From the NCBI RefSeq assembly GCF_001194135.2, contig NC_068989.1:12726177-12790176 (forward strand): a stretch of 64,000 bases of DNA, written 5' to 3'. The position numbers and the translations under genes were made by a program. This DNA is from Octopus bimaculoides. Lineage: Eukaryota. Positions 1-13,397 of this stretch are shown here, in pieces. The notes under the pieces are model-generated. The model saw nothing but the letters and a program-made list of their open reading frames with translations. It was not told where the DNA came from and searched no databases. Numbering within the stretch: the stretch's first letter is position 1; every line of letters begins with the position of its first letter.

Positions 1-292
1 AATAAGCAGACGATTGGTGAGGAAAACTCTCAAAACATCTATAATCTGGTGCTTTTGCATCTGAACACAGCTGGCTGTAACAGCGTAGGATGTGATGCAT
101 ACAAAAAAATGGCTTTAATAAACGGTTTTAGATTAATTTAAACAGTTCAACGAGTATATACATGTGCAGGAACATAAATGCTGATTTTTGAAACGTTAAC
201 GATAGTCAAAATGGCGATGATGGTGTTAACAACAACCAAAGAAAAATTCTACATTGTCAACAACAACTATTTCCAGTAAAAATAGTAGTAGT

Positions 293-1425
293 AATAATCC
301 TTTCTATCATAGGCACAAGAACTGAAATTTTGAGACAGGGGACGAGTCGATTACATCGACCCAGCGTTTCACTTGTACTTAATTTATCGATCTCGATAGG
401 ATGCAAAGCAAATTCGACCTCGTCAGAATTTGAACCCAAAACGTAGCAACCGGCGAAATATCGGTAAGCATTTCTTGCAGCGTCCTAACGATTCTTATTT
501 CTTTATTGCCCACAGGGGGCTAAACATAGGAAAGACAAAGGGATTAAGTTGATTACATCAACCCCAGTGCGTAACTGGTACTTAATTTATCGACCACGAA
601 AGAATGAAATGCAAAGTCGACCTCGGCGGAATTTGAACTCAGAACGTAGCGACCGGCAAAATATCGCTAAGCATTTTCTCCAGCGTGCTAACGATTCTGC
701 CAGCTCACCGCCTAATCGTAGTAGTAATAATGAGAGTAATAACAATATATTTTCTACAGCAACAACAATATTTTCTTACAATAGGAACATTGGCTGAAAT
801 TTCAGGAAGAGTTAGTCGATTACATCAACCTTTTTAATGGAAGTTTACTTGTTTTAAAGCACCAAAAATGATGGAAAGCAAGGTCGGCCACGTCGGAATT
901 TGAATGTACAATCGGACGAGATCCTACTAGGCAAACCGCTCTGTGTGGTAACAATCCTGCGAAACTACAGTCTAATAGTAATAATCCTTTCTGCTATAAA
1001 TACAAGGCCTGAAACTTGGTGGGAAGAGACTTGTCGTATGGATCGACCCCAGTGTTTCCCTGGTACTTAATTTATCAAACCTGAAAGGATGAAAGGCAAT
1101 GTGGACCTCGACGGAATCTAAACTCAGAACGTAGCGACTGGCGAAATTCGCTAAGCAATTCGTCCAGAGCGTTAACCATTTTGTTACCTCAACGCCTTTT
1201 TAGTACTAATAGTTGCTTCAAATTGTGACAAACATGCATCTATTTTACGGGTAGAATGTTAGTCGATAACATCAATACCGGTACGTGGTTAGTAGTTTAT
1301 TTTATCCTCCACAAAATGATGAAAAACAATATTAAACTGGTTGGCATTTGAATGCCTGAGGTAAAGAGTCAGCAAATATATCGTCGGATAATTTTTTGTG
1401 TCGCTGTAACGATTCTACAAATACG
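293..1425 (-). mobile_element. Head-to-tail array of about 5 tRNA-derived SINE family A copies (293-495, 496-713, ~770-960, ~980-1197, ~1210-1425)
   Basis: Each unit carries the reverse complement of GGCGGTGAGCTGGCAGAA...GAGTTCAAATTCCGCCGAGGTCGACTTTGCCTTTCATCC...GGGGTCGATGTAATCGAC. Units are separated by short AAT/TAG-rich linkers. Copy 2 is the least decayed. Confidence 0.85.
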
Positions 1426-1458
1426 CAGCTTTTCTGCGACAGCAACAAAGGAAAATAC

Positions 1459-1519
<61 letters not shown>

Positions 1520-1969
1520 CGATGATGATGATGATGATGATGATGGTGATGATGATAATCTTCTCTTATTCATAATCACACAATAGTCATATTGATGTTC
1601 ACAACAAATACACTGCTATTACTATCATAATACAAATGGTTTTATTCATTGGTAACAAGGGCCAAAGATGATGGAGACATCATGAGAGTGAGATTATATA
1701 TACATATGTATGTGTACGTGTGTGTGTGTGTATGTATGCATGTATGTATTAGTGTATGTAGGCATGTCTATCAAACGTGAAATAAGAAATTATTTCAGTA
1801 GTGATCTGCGTAGATTAAACGGATGAGATCAGAATTAATTATTATATGTACACATAAATAAATGACAAGATAGAGTAACAGTCAAACACAACGTGAATAT
1901 AACAAGGTGTACGTAATAGTGTGTCGGCGGTGGGCAACCACACACTGAGTTGCTATATTGATGATGATA

Positions 1970-2009
<40 letters not shown>

Positions 2010-2279
2010 GGATGATGTTGATGATGATGAGGATGATGAGGATGATGCCATAGCTGGCAGTGGTAGCAACGGTGGTGATTTGATGATGATTCGGATAATG
2101 ACACTAGTTTTGTTGTGATGATGATAATGATGATGATGATGATAATGATGATGATGATGATGATGATGATGAAGAAAAGAATACGATGAAACAAAATGAA
2201 TACAATATACAAATTTGTTGATTCACCACAAAAATCCCTGAACTTAGAACAAAAACGACAGTAGCAGCAAGAGCAGTAT

Positions 2280-2363
<84 letters not shown>

Positions 2364-2600
2364 TATAAAGATGATGATGATATTATTTTTATTATTAACA
2401 TTGTTATTTTGTTATTGTTATTATTATTATTGTTATTATCATCATTAACATTACTATTAATATTATTGTCATTGTTATTATTATTATTATTACTGTTGTT
2501 GTTATTATTACTGCTGCTACTACTACTACTACTACTATTATTATTATTAATAGTAGAAGTAGTATTAGTCGTGGTAGTAGTTGTTGTTCTTGTTGTTCTT
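1459..2600. repeat. Compound trinucleotide microsatellite field: (GAT)n 1459-1556 and ~1960-2170, (CAT)n 2281-2363, then (TTA)n/(CTA)n/(TTG)n
   Basis: Seen directly; it explains the poly-I/H/D/L ORFs in the track. Confidence 0.97.
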
Positions 2601-3179
2601 GTTATAAAATGCTACCACGTAGATTTCTTGCTTATGCATTATCTGGCGGAATGGATTTAGCATAGGAAGAGAAATGTAGGGAAACGAGAATAAATGAAGA
2701 CAATGAAAGAAAAAAACAAAACAAAAAAAACTAAATACTGCATCAAATAATAAAATAATAGAAAACAAAAACAAGCAAAGAAAAAACAAAGCAAGATCTA
2801 CAGTATAAAGTATGATTTCAGTATTTTGCAGCTGCGCACTCACATGTTCATATNNNNNNNNNNNNNNNNNNNNNNNNNNNNNNNNNNNNNNNNNNNNNNN
2901 NNNNNNNNNNNNNNNNNNNNNNNNNNNNNNNNNNNNNNNNNNNNNNNNNNNNNNNNNNNNNNNNNNNNNNNNNNNNNNNNNNNNNNNNNNNNNNNNNNNN
3001 NNNNNNNNNNNNNNNNNNNAAGAGAGAGAGAGAAAGAGATGTATATATATATATATATACTTGCATATACTTTTTCATACATACAAATATACATACATAC
3101 ACATCTATATACATCTATACACATCTGTTTCTTCCTATCTATCTATCTATCTATCTATGTCTGTGTGTGTGTGTCTTTC

Positions 3180-3222
<43 letters not shown>

Positions 3223-3256
3223 AAAGAGAGAGAGGGAGTTACAGATAGGTAATTAT

Positions 3257-3287
<31 letters not shown>

Positions 3288-3388
3288 AATAGATAGATCA
3301 TTCAGGCTTCTGTGTGAGTGATACATATATATTTACACGATTTATTGAAACGAAAGGAATCTAACACAAATGGTACAGTGAAAACAAT

Positions 3389-3533
3389 ATGGTTAGGAAA
3401 GGTGGTGGCGGTTTGGGGAGGATGGATAAGGTTATCGGTATTAAATGCATCACTGCTTTGCGGTGCAATAAATACACGTGGAAATATGGAAATCTCGGCG
3501 TTCGTGCAGAAGTTCAACGGCGAATTGAAACCT
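3389..3533 (+). CDS. Weak candidate first coding exon (MVRKGGGGLGRMDKVIGIKCITALRCNKYTWKYGNLGVRAEVQRRIET), unknown product
   Basis: ATG at 3389, open frame, donor cct|GTGAGA at 3533/3534 (phase 1), locally CpG-rich. No recognised homology. Confidence 0.15.
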
Positions 3534-4039
3534 GTGAGAAAGAAGCGACAAAACAATCATAGAAGCGCACGCTCATACTTACAGATGCACTTATATATGC
3601 ACATATATATGCATATATTTACTTGCTTCTAGTTGCAAAAATATAAAGATGCCGTTCGTTATATTTGGCGTTTTTTTTTTGTTCGTCATTCGTTTCGTTT
3701 TATATACGTCGATTTACATAATATTTAAACGTGACGGAAATGCAGTGATTGTGACCTGTCAGACAGGTTGAAAGTAATGTGCAACAATACCGCGTGTAAT
3801 TGTGTTGTTCTTTTACGTCTGTATTGTGAGCTAGCATGGTTTTGCATACGTATGTAAACACACTCACACCTATAAATGAATATACATTGTTAAGGGTAAC
3901 ATTTTCTCCAGTTTGTGTGAGTGTCAATGTAAATAACATTCTTATACACACACACAACAGATATATATATATACAGAGAGAGAAAGAGAGAGCGAGAGAG
4001 AGAGAGAGAGAGAGATACCCATATATTCATAAGCTATAT

Positions 4040-4098
<59 letters not shown>

Positions 4099-6249
4099 AT
4101 CATATATATACATGTACATAGATACACAGATGCATACATAAGTACATATATGCTTGCGTACATATATCAGGCTATGTTATTGGCAATATCTTAATCCAGT
4201 ACCACTTGATCGGGTAGTGGGGCGACTAAGCCTCACCATCGCCAAGCAAGCGTAATAAAGAGCTGCTAGAAACAATGTCGGATTAAAAAGAGACGTGCCA
4301 AAACAATTTTGAATCCTGCAGCTATCTCGCAACAGGGCGCCAGAATATAGAAAAAAAACCTGGTGATATTGAACGAGAGCGCTGTAATGACATAGAGGGA
4401 GAAGAATATTTGTTTTTCTTAAACCGTGATGGAGGTTATGTAGTAGAAGCTATATTGTTTATCATGGGCATGAGCATGTCATATTCCAGAGCTTGTTTAT
4501 GATAGTATCTCGCTACACAAATCCTGACAGTTAAACCCGTTAAAACTCTTAGAACTGCATCCTATTGTAATACACAAATATCTAAATAATTATTATTTTG
4601 ACTTGCTCTTTTGTCTGGCAAGCAGGGCACTATGATGCTGTAGAAGACATATTTTTATAACTGATATCTAAGATGCACTGCATGAGCAGGTGTTGCTGTG
4701 AATATGTATGTCGCTTTTCAGGCCAGTAATATTCATATTTCATCTATAATCGGGTTTTGAAACCGTGCGAAATGTAGATAGTCCGCGTATCTGAGAACCA
4801 TGAAGACATGAAGTTTAGTTATTTGCTGGCAGTCGCTAAGCGTGCACTGCTGTGGTGAATTATTTCAGTGTGAACTGAGCGGAGCAAGTAGTGTAGCCCT
4901 TCAATGGTAGCCCGTCGTCTAGTATTCCTTACAGCTTCATGTTGTGTGTGTGTTTATGTGTAGAGGACTTTCCTGTTGTAAATAACAGATGCAGATCCCG
5001 AAATTTGCTAGAGCCATGAAATCGACATTGCTAGTATAAGGATATAGTATGACACATGATAAGAATCGAGTGATCGCAGATCAAACTGACAATATTCTAC
5101 TACAATATTCACGTTGCTGTTCTATAAAGACGCTAATATGTCTTTCAGTTTTCTTATATCGTTCATTTTTTCTTGTTTTTTTTTCGTTTTTTTCTCGTTC
5201 TTTCTCATTTTCTTTTGAGTTTGAGTATTTGATGTGTTGCAAACAACTTGCACATGCAAGTGTTACCAGTTGAGAACTCTGCACACGGGAAGCCAGCAAG
5301 TGTGTGGGGGTCACCAGGAAACAATGCACGCCGTTTTGGTGTCTACTCCTCGAAGGCGTCACTGAGCACCGGCCACCCTCACTGATATGAGGCCTCGCTT
5401 TCTAGATCAACGGTTATTAAATATAGTACAATATTGTTCTAGCCATCGGTTATCGTCTCTTTTTAACCAAATCCAGTGACTAGCCTGCTCCACTGTAGTT
5501 TGAATATCAGTCATGGTGGTATTAGCTTTACGAAGATTTAGGCCTAACGATAACAACAGTCGTCTCACACCGTGTCCAACAAACCCTCTACATCAGACTT
5601 GGATTTTGTATGATTAACTCTAGTAGAATTATTGATTTGAAAAGGATTATATTCAATTTTTTACCCTACCTTTTCTTAATTTTCGACCAGTCATAGCATA
5701 TACGGGCAATATTTGTTGTTAACGCATACAGAAAACGTTAAACACAATATCGAGTACTGATTGAGTAGTAAAATGCAATGCGAAAATGTTTTTATTTGTT
5801 TTTCTAGAACTACATGACAATAAAAACATTGTAAATGTTTCTTCCGTTGTATTTTCTACTTATTATATATGCAAACATATACAGGCTATAAATATTAATG
5901 ACAACAAAAAGAAATACGCTGAACTATTAAAAAAAAAGAACAATTCGAAAAAAAATATATGTATGATATAAAAGGTCTAGGAAATAAAAAAAAATACATG
6001 TTGCATTATCTTACATAAGCTGTTCAATGATTCTATAAATAGGTTCATTAAAGAAGGAAGAAAATAGTCAAAGAGGTCAGGAAAATGTGTTTTTATCTTC
6101 AGGTTATTCTAGTGTGTTGTGACGAAAAGCGTTGAGAGATTGGTGTATTTCTTGCCGTAGTTAGTTAAAAGAAGTAATATCTGTAGCAGACTGCCATGCA
6201 CAGTAGTAGTTGTTGAGTTCCAATATTTTAAAACATTATGTCATTAACG

Positions 6250-6440
6250 AGTCTAGGACATTTACTCCCTATGGACACTTACCCCTGAGGACAACACATG
6301 ATAATTTAAAACTTCTTAATATATTAGAGAGGGTTAATTAACCAAGGGGTGTAATTGTTCTAGGGAGTAGTTATCGTCGGGGGTGGGGAATTGTCCTATG
6401 GGGGTGGGGTAATTGCTCTAGGGTGGGTAATTATCCTGAT
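6250..6440. mobile_element. Small non-autonomous DNA-transposon-like element built from GGACAATTACCCC-type motifs
   Basis: Two motifs (ggacatttactccc, ggacacttacccc) lie at the left end. About five reverse-complement variants (ggggtaattgtcc-like) lie at the right end. Confidence 0.5.
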
Positions 6441-6743
6441 ACGTTCTTTAACAGACATTACAATGCTTCGAGTGAAACATAACGCTCTTTCAAGAAATAT
6501 CTTAATAGATAAAACATGTCAAAAAAGAAACGATTAAAATAAAATAAAATCCGCCAAAACACCAAAATATGAAAAATGTTGGAATCTCAAAAGTCAAAAT
6601 TTAGTAATGAAATTTTTTCGATGAAATTATATACTAATAGTTCAATTGCTTAAATAATGTCTTGAAGCAGATATTTAGGTGAAAAAACGCAAAGGCTGAC
6701 AAAACATGGTAGAGCGAACATATAATTGGTACATTATATTGAT

Positions 6744-6954
6744 TTGGTACAGAGCAAGCAGTTTCGAGGGAGTGGATAAGTTAAGTCGATTACATCGACC
6801 CCAGGGTGCAACTGAGACTTATTTTATCACCCATGAAAGGGTGAAAGCAAAGATCATCGTCAATGGAATTTGAGCTCAGAGTCTAAAGTCGTACACTAAG
6901 CATTCTGTCGCTAAGCATTTTGCTCGGCATACTAACGCTTCTGCTAGCTCACCG
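6744..6954 (-). mobile_element. SINE family A copy, decayed
   Basis: Contains agtcgattacatcgaccccag...gaatttgagctcagag...ctaacgcttctgctagctcaccg. Confidence 0.8.
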
Positions 6955-7164
6955 GCCGAAACTGGTATCTTATATCAGTAAAACACACATAGTGGGGTCA
7001 CGAACTCAATCAATTTTCGGAGAAAAATCTATTCACCTTTTAAGTTCAAATTGTAGCTGGATCCACAATTCGCTACACCATCGGACAGTAGTAGTGTCAC
7101 ATAAAAAAAAACAGAAACCACGCAATGCATACATACACAATACATATATATATATATATATACA

Positions 7165-7400
7165 CAAAATTAAGAGGAATGACCACCAAAGTGGACTCCT
7201 ATATGTATAGGTATAGACGTCAAATCGCCTAACCACGAATCGTTTTTTATTTCGTATATTTTCATTTGTCTTGCTCATTTTCAAAGTCTGGTGTATTGCT
7301 GAAATGTTTTACTTGAGAACATATCCTTTGTGGTTAGGCGATTTGATGTCTATATCTACCGTATAGGAGTCCACTTTGGTGGTCATTCCTCTTAATTTTG
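7165..7400. mobile_element. MITE-like inverted repeat with ~72-bp arms (7165-7236 and 7330-7400)
   Basis: caaaattaagaggaatgaccaccaaagtggactcctata...caaatcgcctaaccac recurs as its reverse complement with few mismatches. The left side abuts a TA-rich run. Confidence 0.85.
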
Positions 7401-8009
7401 GATGTAATATAATATTAATCTTCGGATTTTTTAAATATGCTAAGCCACTGGTTTTAATTGATTAATATCAATTTCTACCCTCATTATTTAATTTATATAT
7501 ATACATATTGAGTGAATCCGTTACAACATTATCATACATTTCTGAGCATTGTCTAATTTTAGACATTATCACTTTATATAGAACTGTGGCGGGCGAACGA
7601 ATCACCAGTGTGACTTATAAAATTTGATTACGTGTTTCTAGAATGTGAATCCTAATGCCGTCGTGGTCGACAATTCGATTAATAAGACAATTTCGCTCGA
7701 ATAGTTTTGTTGTTATAAACCAAACAAAAACAAAACAGAAATACAACATTATTTACTTTTCTAAGTTTTTCCATCTCGTACGATATTTAAAAGAAACAAA
7801 TCTTCCATCTTGGAGGTCTTTGTAAAAGAATTCTAGATGAACTGACCCAGAAACGAAGATCACAAGACAGACACTATTAAGAGACGCATAGTTCTATTCC
7901 GTCAAAGCTTATCGTATTTCCTTCTGTGAAATTTAATGTATACTTAGGTTATGTATACATATCATCTTACGTTCTTGGAGAAAAACAAACATCAATACAG
8001 TCAATATAT

Positions 8010-8089
<80 letters not shown>

Positions 8090-9124
8090 ATTGATATATA
8101 GGAATATTCATTTATATATATATTTATTCATATATGTGTACATATATATATATATATTTATATATGCGTGTGTGTGTACATATATGGTTAAAGAGCCCGA
8201 GTAAATGGCTGCAGTCAAGTGTGTTGAAGATATATGGTGTAAAGAATGGTTGACATACATAGCCGACGTATTATATTTTATTTCGTTACAAAATCAATAA
8301 TTGAATCGATATGCCTAATGTTTTGTATGATAAATGATTCATCAAAATAAAAACTTTATGTCTTATGTCTTCCAGTCAAGTATGAAATGATATGTAACAT
8401 TTCTGAATATATCTTTGGTAAAACAGGTTTCAATTCACAAGGATTTAATATATCTCTGACTTAGCTCTCTGCTTTAAGACCCAGACAATTTATTGCAGTC
8501 TGCCAATGCACATTTGAATTTTAGCAAGTTTTATACTTATGCTGTATATATATATATATAAACAGCATAAGTATAAAACTTGCTANNNNNNNNNNNNNNN
8601 NNNNNNNNNNNNNNNNNNNNNNNNNNNNNNNNNNNNNNNNNNNNNNNNNNNNNNNNNNNNNNNNNNNNNNNNNNNNNNNNNNNNNNNNNNNNNNNNNNNN
8701 NNNNNNNNNNNNNNNNNNNNNNNNNNNNNNNNNNNNNNNNNNNNNNNNNNNNNNNNNNNNNNNNNNNNNNNNNNNNNNNNNNNNNNNNNNNNNNNNNNNN
8801 NNNNNNNNNNNNNNNNNNNNNNNNNNNNNNNNNNNNNNNNNNNNNNNNNNNNNNNNNNNNNNNNNNNNNNNNNNNNNNNNNNNNNNNNNNNNNNNNNNNN
8901 NNNNNNNNNNNNNNNNNNNNNNNNNNNNNNNNNNNNNNNNNNNNNNNNNNNNNNNNNNNNNNNNNNNNNNNNNNNNNNNNNNNNNNNNNNNNNNNNNNNN
9001 NNNNNNNNNNNNNNNNNNNNNNNNNNNNNNNNNNNNNNNNNNNNNNNNNNNNNNNNNNNNNNNNNNNNNNNNNNNNNNNNNNNNNNNNNNNNNNNNNNNN
9101 NNNNNNNNNNNNNNNNNNNNNNNN

Positions 9125-9169
<45 letters not shown>

Positions 9170-9388
9170 TGCACATATGTATGTTCAACTTGGAATAAAA
9201 GATGCTGGAACTTATGAAAATAGAGCTTTACATATAAGTAGTGCTTATGTAAAATAAATAGTTTCAAAACCATTGTTAGAATGGAACATTTTAAGACAGC
9301 ACCGAGCGATTTGCGCTATTGAAGCGCAGCTATGTAGATTCTCCCTTATTATTACACGTATATATTAATACTATTTCTTTATGTACAG

Positions 9389-9448
9389 TGTCGTTGTATA
9401 AAAGACAAGGTGTATCTCGTTTGGACTTAAATTTAGTTCGCACACAGG
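9389..9448 (+). CDS. Candidate 60-nt internal exon, phase 1-1 (..SLYKRQGVSRLDLNLVRTQ..)
   Basis: Acceptor ctatttctttatgtacAG, donor cagg|GTAAGT, and only one open frame. No recognised homology. Confidence 0.25.
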
Positions 9449-9667
9449 GTAAGTGAATAAAAAAAAAGGCAGCCCTATGTTGTTGTCTGTGACATAAATA
9501 CTCCCAATATTCTCGACCACACATTGATACACGCACGTATTCACGCACATACACACGTATAAATGCATACACGCTTATGCGCACTCTCGTCACGCCCGGA
9601 AACATATTTACACACAGACGGACTCACACTAGCTCAGACACACGCACACAAGCGCAGACACAGCACT

Positions 9668-9768
9668 TTAGGGGTCGATAGATTACGTACCAGTTGCGTA
9701 CTGGTGTCGATCTAATCAACTGGCCCCCTCCCCCCAAAATTTCGGGCCTTGACCCTAGAGTAGAAAAA
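9668..9768 (+). mobile_element. SINE family A, 3' half (A2-type tail)
   Basis: Sequence ggggtcgatagattacgtaccag...cccccaaaatttcgggccttgaccctagagtagaaaaa. Confidence 0.75.
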
Positions 9769-11177
9769 ATATAGGGTATATGTGTAGTATTTCTATCGAC
9801 ATAATCACATAATCCCTTTCACCTTATTTACGAACCTTGATTTTAAATGAGGTAGAAATATTTCATGAAAATTGATGGTTGGCAATATTTATTGGTTGCC
9901 AATTTTTCGTGTCATTTTTCTCATGTCATTATCCTTTTTTTTCTCTCCAAATACCAATTTGATTAAATTAATACAAATAATTGGGTGAAAACAATCAATT
10001 GTATATTTTATTCAAAATAATCTGAGCTAGTCTCAAACATAAAAAGATAAATATCAAACGTACCTTTTTTTTAAAGCAATGACTGTTTTATTCGGTCGCT
10101 CTTGTTAATGTTGATATTGATGACAACTGAAACGATAGCAGTGACGATGACGAGAATGATGATGTTTAGCTCCAGGTCATCTTATATCAGACAGAACTAC
10201 GAACAACGGTACTTCTGTTATGCGAATCCCGTCTATACCTCAGGCAAAGGGTCTGAAGGAACAGCTTATTGAATGTGTTCTTTTACATTTTGTTAGACGG
10301 AAGATTATAATTCTTAGCACTTTTAGCAAGTCTAGCACTTGTGGGAAGTTTCCCCACAGTTTGTTTGTATGATGCCTATTGTTGCGGTAAAGACTATTCC
10401 ATAGAAGACAAATATTCGTGACTAACAAATTTTTGAATCGGAAGATATTTTCCTTTGTCGTTCATTTATTAATCTATTTATGTTTTGTCTTCCGGCGCGA
10501 TGGCATGTGCTTCTATTAGTACATATTAGATTTATGCATACGTAGAAATAATTTCAGTTTATCTTACTTCGTGCATTGTTACCACATTCATTAGACATTG
10601 TATTTCACGTGTTTTCATATTGATAAATGGAGGAATAGATTATTCTTTCGACCACGAAAACCTGGGGAGCTGTATTTACAAGATTTGAAAATTTTTCAAA
10701 TTATAAGATTATCTTTACTCACTCAGCTGAACAAATGCTTTTCTACTCGTTGAAGCATAAACACATAGTATATATATATATATNNNNNNNNNNNNNNNNN
10801 NNNNNNNNNNNNNNNNNNNNNNNNNNNNNNNNNNNNNNNNNNNNNNNNNNNNNNNNNNNNNNNNNNNNNNNNNNNNNNNNNNNATATATAGGTGAGAAAG
10901 TTGGTATGTGAAAGCACGTGGTTGGCTGTATAAAAGATAAACAAGAATGAAAAAACTACAGAAGGCTTGTGTTACATGGTTAAAGTATATATTTAAATTA
11001 TGTCATAAAAATTTTATAAAATTTTTTGGTATATAAACATTGAATTTGGAGAAATAACCGGTTTCGTGTTGTCTTTTCAAATTTCTCTACTTCATCGTAA
11101 CATGTGTTCGCTCCCGTGTGAAAAAAAGAGTTCTAGATAGGGGGAGGTAATTAGGGATTTCTTCCGGTATAAGGGAG

Positions 11178-11215
<38 letters not shown>

Positions 11216-11998
11216 GCATGCATACATTCATACAACCATAGTCACATACGTACATACATTCATGTGTATATATATACATGAATGTATGTACAACTTCCAT
11301 ACGATCAACAATTAACCACTTCTAGTATAACTGTTGACGTTTCAATGTATATGTATTAACGATAACTTCACTAACTACAGCTATTCACCTATAATTCTTT
11401 CCCTCTGAATGTTTCTAATATCTTGTGCATATATATTTAAATAACTATAGCTATTGTGCATGCATTGATCAAAATTTCTCAATGTTATTATTATATTCAA
11501 ATTATATATTTCCTAATTCATATTTTTCAGATTCTTATTTCGCATCATTTCACAATATATTTGTTGATACTCCATTCATTTATCTCAATCTTTCACCTTG
11601 TCATGTCTTATTTTATTTTTCATCTAATTTCTTACAAATTTTTATGCATATCTTCTTATCTATAAAATAGTATGCATTATCTATTCAAATGCCGTGTTGT
11701 TCCAATCATGATATTGTTGAATAGCATTTTCTACTTCTTTAGCAATCTCCCTGATATGCTTCTCTCCATCTCTTTTTTTTATTTAGGTACAATTTTGCTG
11801 TGTTTGTATTATTATAGGTCTCAGAATGATTCTACTTGCGTTACGAGATGGTGTATATTCATGCGTATATGTCATAATATGTGTTTACCTATGTATTTAT
11901 AATCGCAGGCGTATATCTTTGAAAGTTTATGTATTTATTTTGAATGTCTTCGTGTAGATGTGGTTAAGTGTTTTTGTGTATGAATATATATGTACACA

Positions 11999-12049
<51 letters not shown>

Positions 12050-12914
12050 TTTTTTATATTTGCACATTTTTCAAATGCAAGGGACAGTTTCGTTGTTTTC
12101 TGCCTGTCTGTCTCTCTTCTTTACTTTTGCTTGGGCTTAGCAGCAGGTAGTAGGTAGTAGCAGTACTAATGTATATANNNNNNNNNNNNNNNNNNNNNNN
12201 NNNNNNNNNNNNNNNNNNNNNNNNNNNNNNNNNNNNNNNNNNNNNNNNNNNNNNNNNNNNNNNNNNNNNNNNNNNNNNNNNNNNNNNNNNNNNNNNNNNN
12301 NNNNNNNNNNNNNNNNNNNNNNNNNNNNNNNNNNNNNNNNNNNNNNNNNNNNNNNNNNNNNNNNNNNNNNNNNNNNNNNNNNNNNNNNNNNNNNNNNNNN
12401 NNNNNNNNNNNNNNNNNNNNNNNNNNNNNNNNNNNNNNNNNNNNNNNNNNNNNNNNNNNNNNNNNNNNNNNNNNNNNNNNNNNNNNNNNNNNNNNNNNNN
12501 NNNNNNNNNNNNNNNNNNNNNNNNNNNNNNNNNNNNNNNNNNNNNNNNNNNNNNNNNNNNNNNNNNNNNNNNNNNNNNNNNNNNNNNNNNNNNNNNNNNN
12601 NNNNNNNNNNNNNNNNNNNNNNNNNNNNNNNNNNNNNNNNNNNNNNNNNNNNNNNNNNNNNNNNNNNNNNNNNNNNNNNNNNNNNNNNNNNNNNNNNNNN
12701 NNNNNNNNNNNNNNNNNNNNNNNNNNNNNNNNNNNNNNNNNNNNNNNNNNNNNNNNNNNNNNNNNNNNNNNNNNNNNNNNNNNNNNNNNNNNNNNNNNNN
12801 NNNNNNNNNNNNNNNNNNNNNNNNNNNNNNNNNNNNNNNNNNNNNNNNNNNNNNNNNNNNNNNNNNNNNNNNNNNNNNNNNTATATATATATATATATAT
12901 ATATATAGTGAAGT

Positions 12915-13397
12915 ATATTTGCCACCTAAATGTGGCGGACGCCTAGGGGACGATGCTACTGTTGTTTATAACCCCAGGAAGATATCTCCAGCTGGCTAAC
13001 AACATACTGTTTGTGTCCGATTAGTATTTGCGAAAGGAAATCATCAGAGCGAGGAATAAACAGTAGTAGCACGGAATCGCTCAGAGATTTATTATTGCTA
13101 GATTCTCCTTTTTCTAGATCAGTGACAGCTTGTCACTGGAAAAAGAATATGGTATTTTGCATTTGGAATGAGCTCCCATAGCTAGCTGTTGATTATCACA
13201 CACTGATAACGGGTTATAACCCAGAAACCCAGGGCTGTGTGTATCACGTAAGGCTAGGGATAAGAACGATTATTTCCCTTCGCAAATACTAATCGGACAC
13301 AGTGTTTCGTTAGCCAGTTGGAGGACATGACTTCCGGGGCCTATAAACAACAAAAGCATCATCACGTATGGCTCCGCCACATTTAGGTGACAAATAT
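12915..13397. mobile_element. MITE with ~130-bp imperfect TIRs (12915-13045 and 13268-13397)
   Basis: atatttgccacctaaatgtggcgga...gtgtccgattagtatttgcgaaaggaaatcatc matches the reverse complement of the right end. Confidence 0.9.

Noticed and set aside
293-1425. CRISPR-like regular repeats
   Set aside because: The units are ~200-bp decayed SINEs in eukaryotic DNA, with no constant repeat/unique spacer structure and no cas genes.
1835-2660. Poly-I/H/D/L ORFs, and likewise those at 35726-36041, 48545-48775 and 59860-60389
   Set aside because: These are translations of trinucleotide microsatellites with no coding signal.
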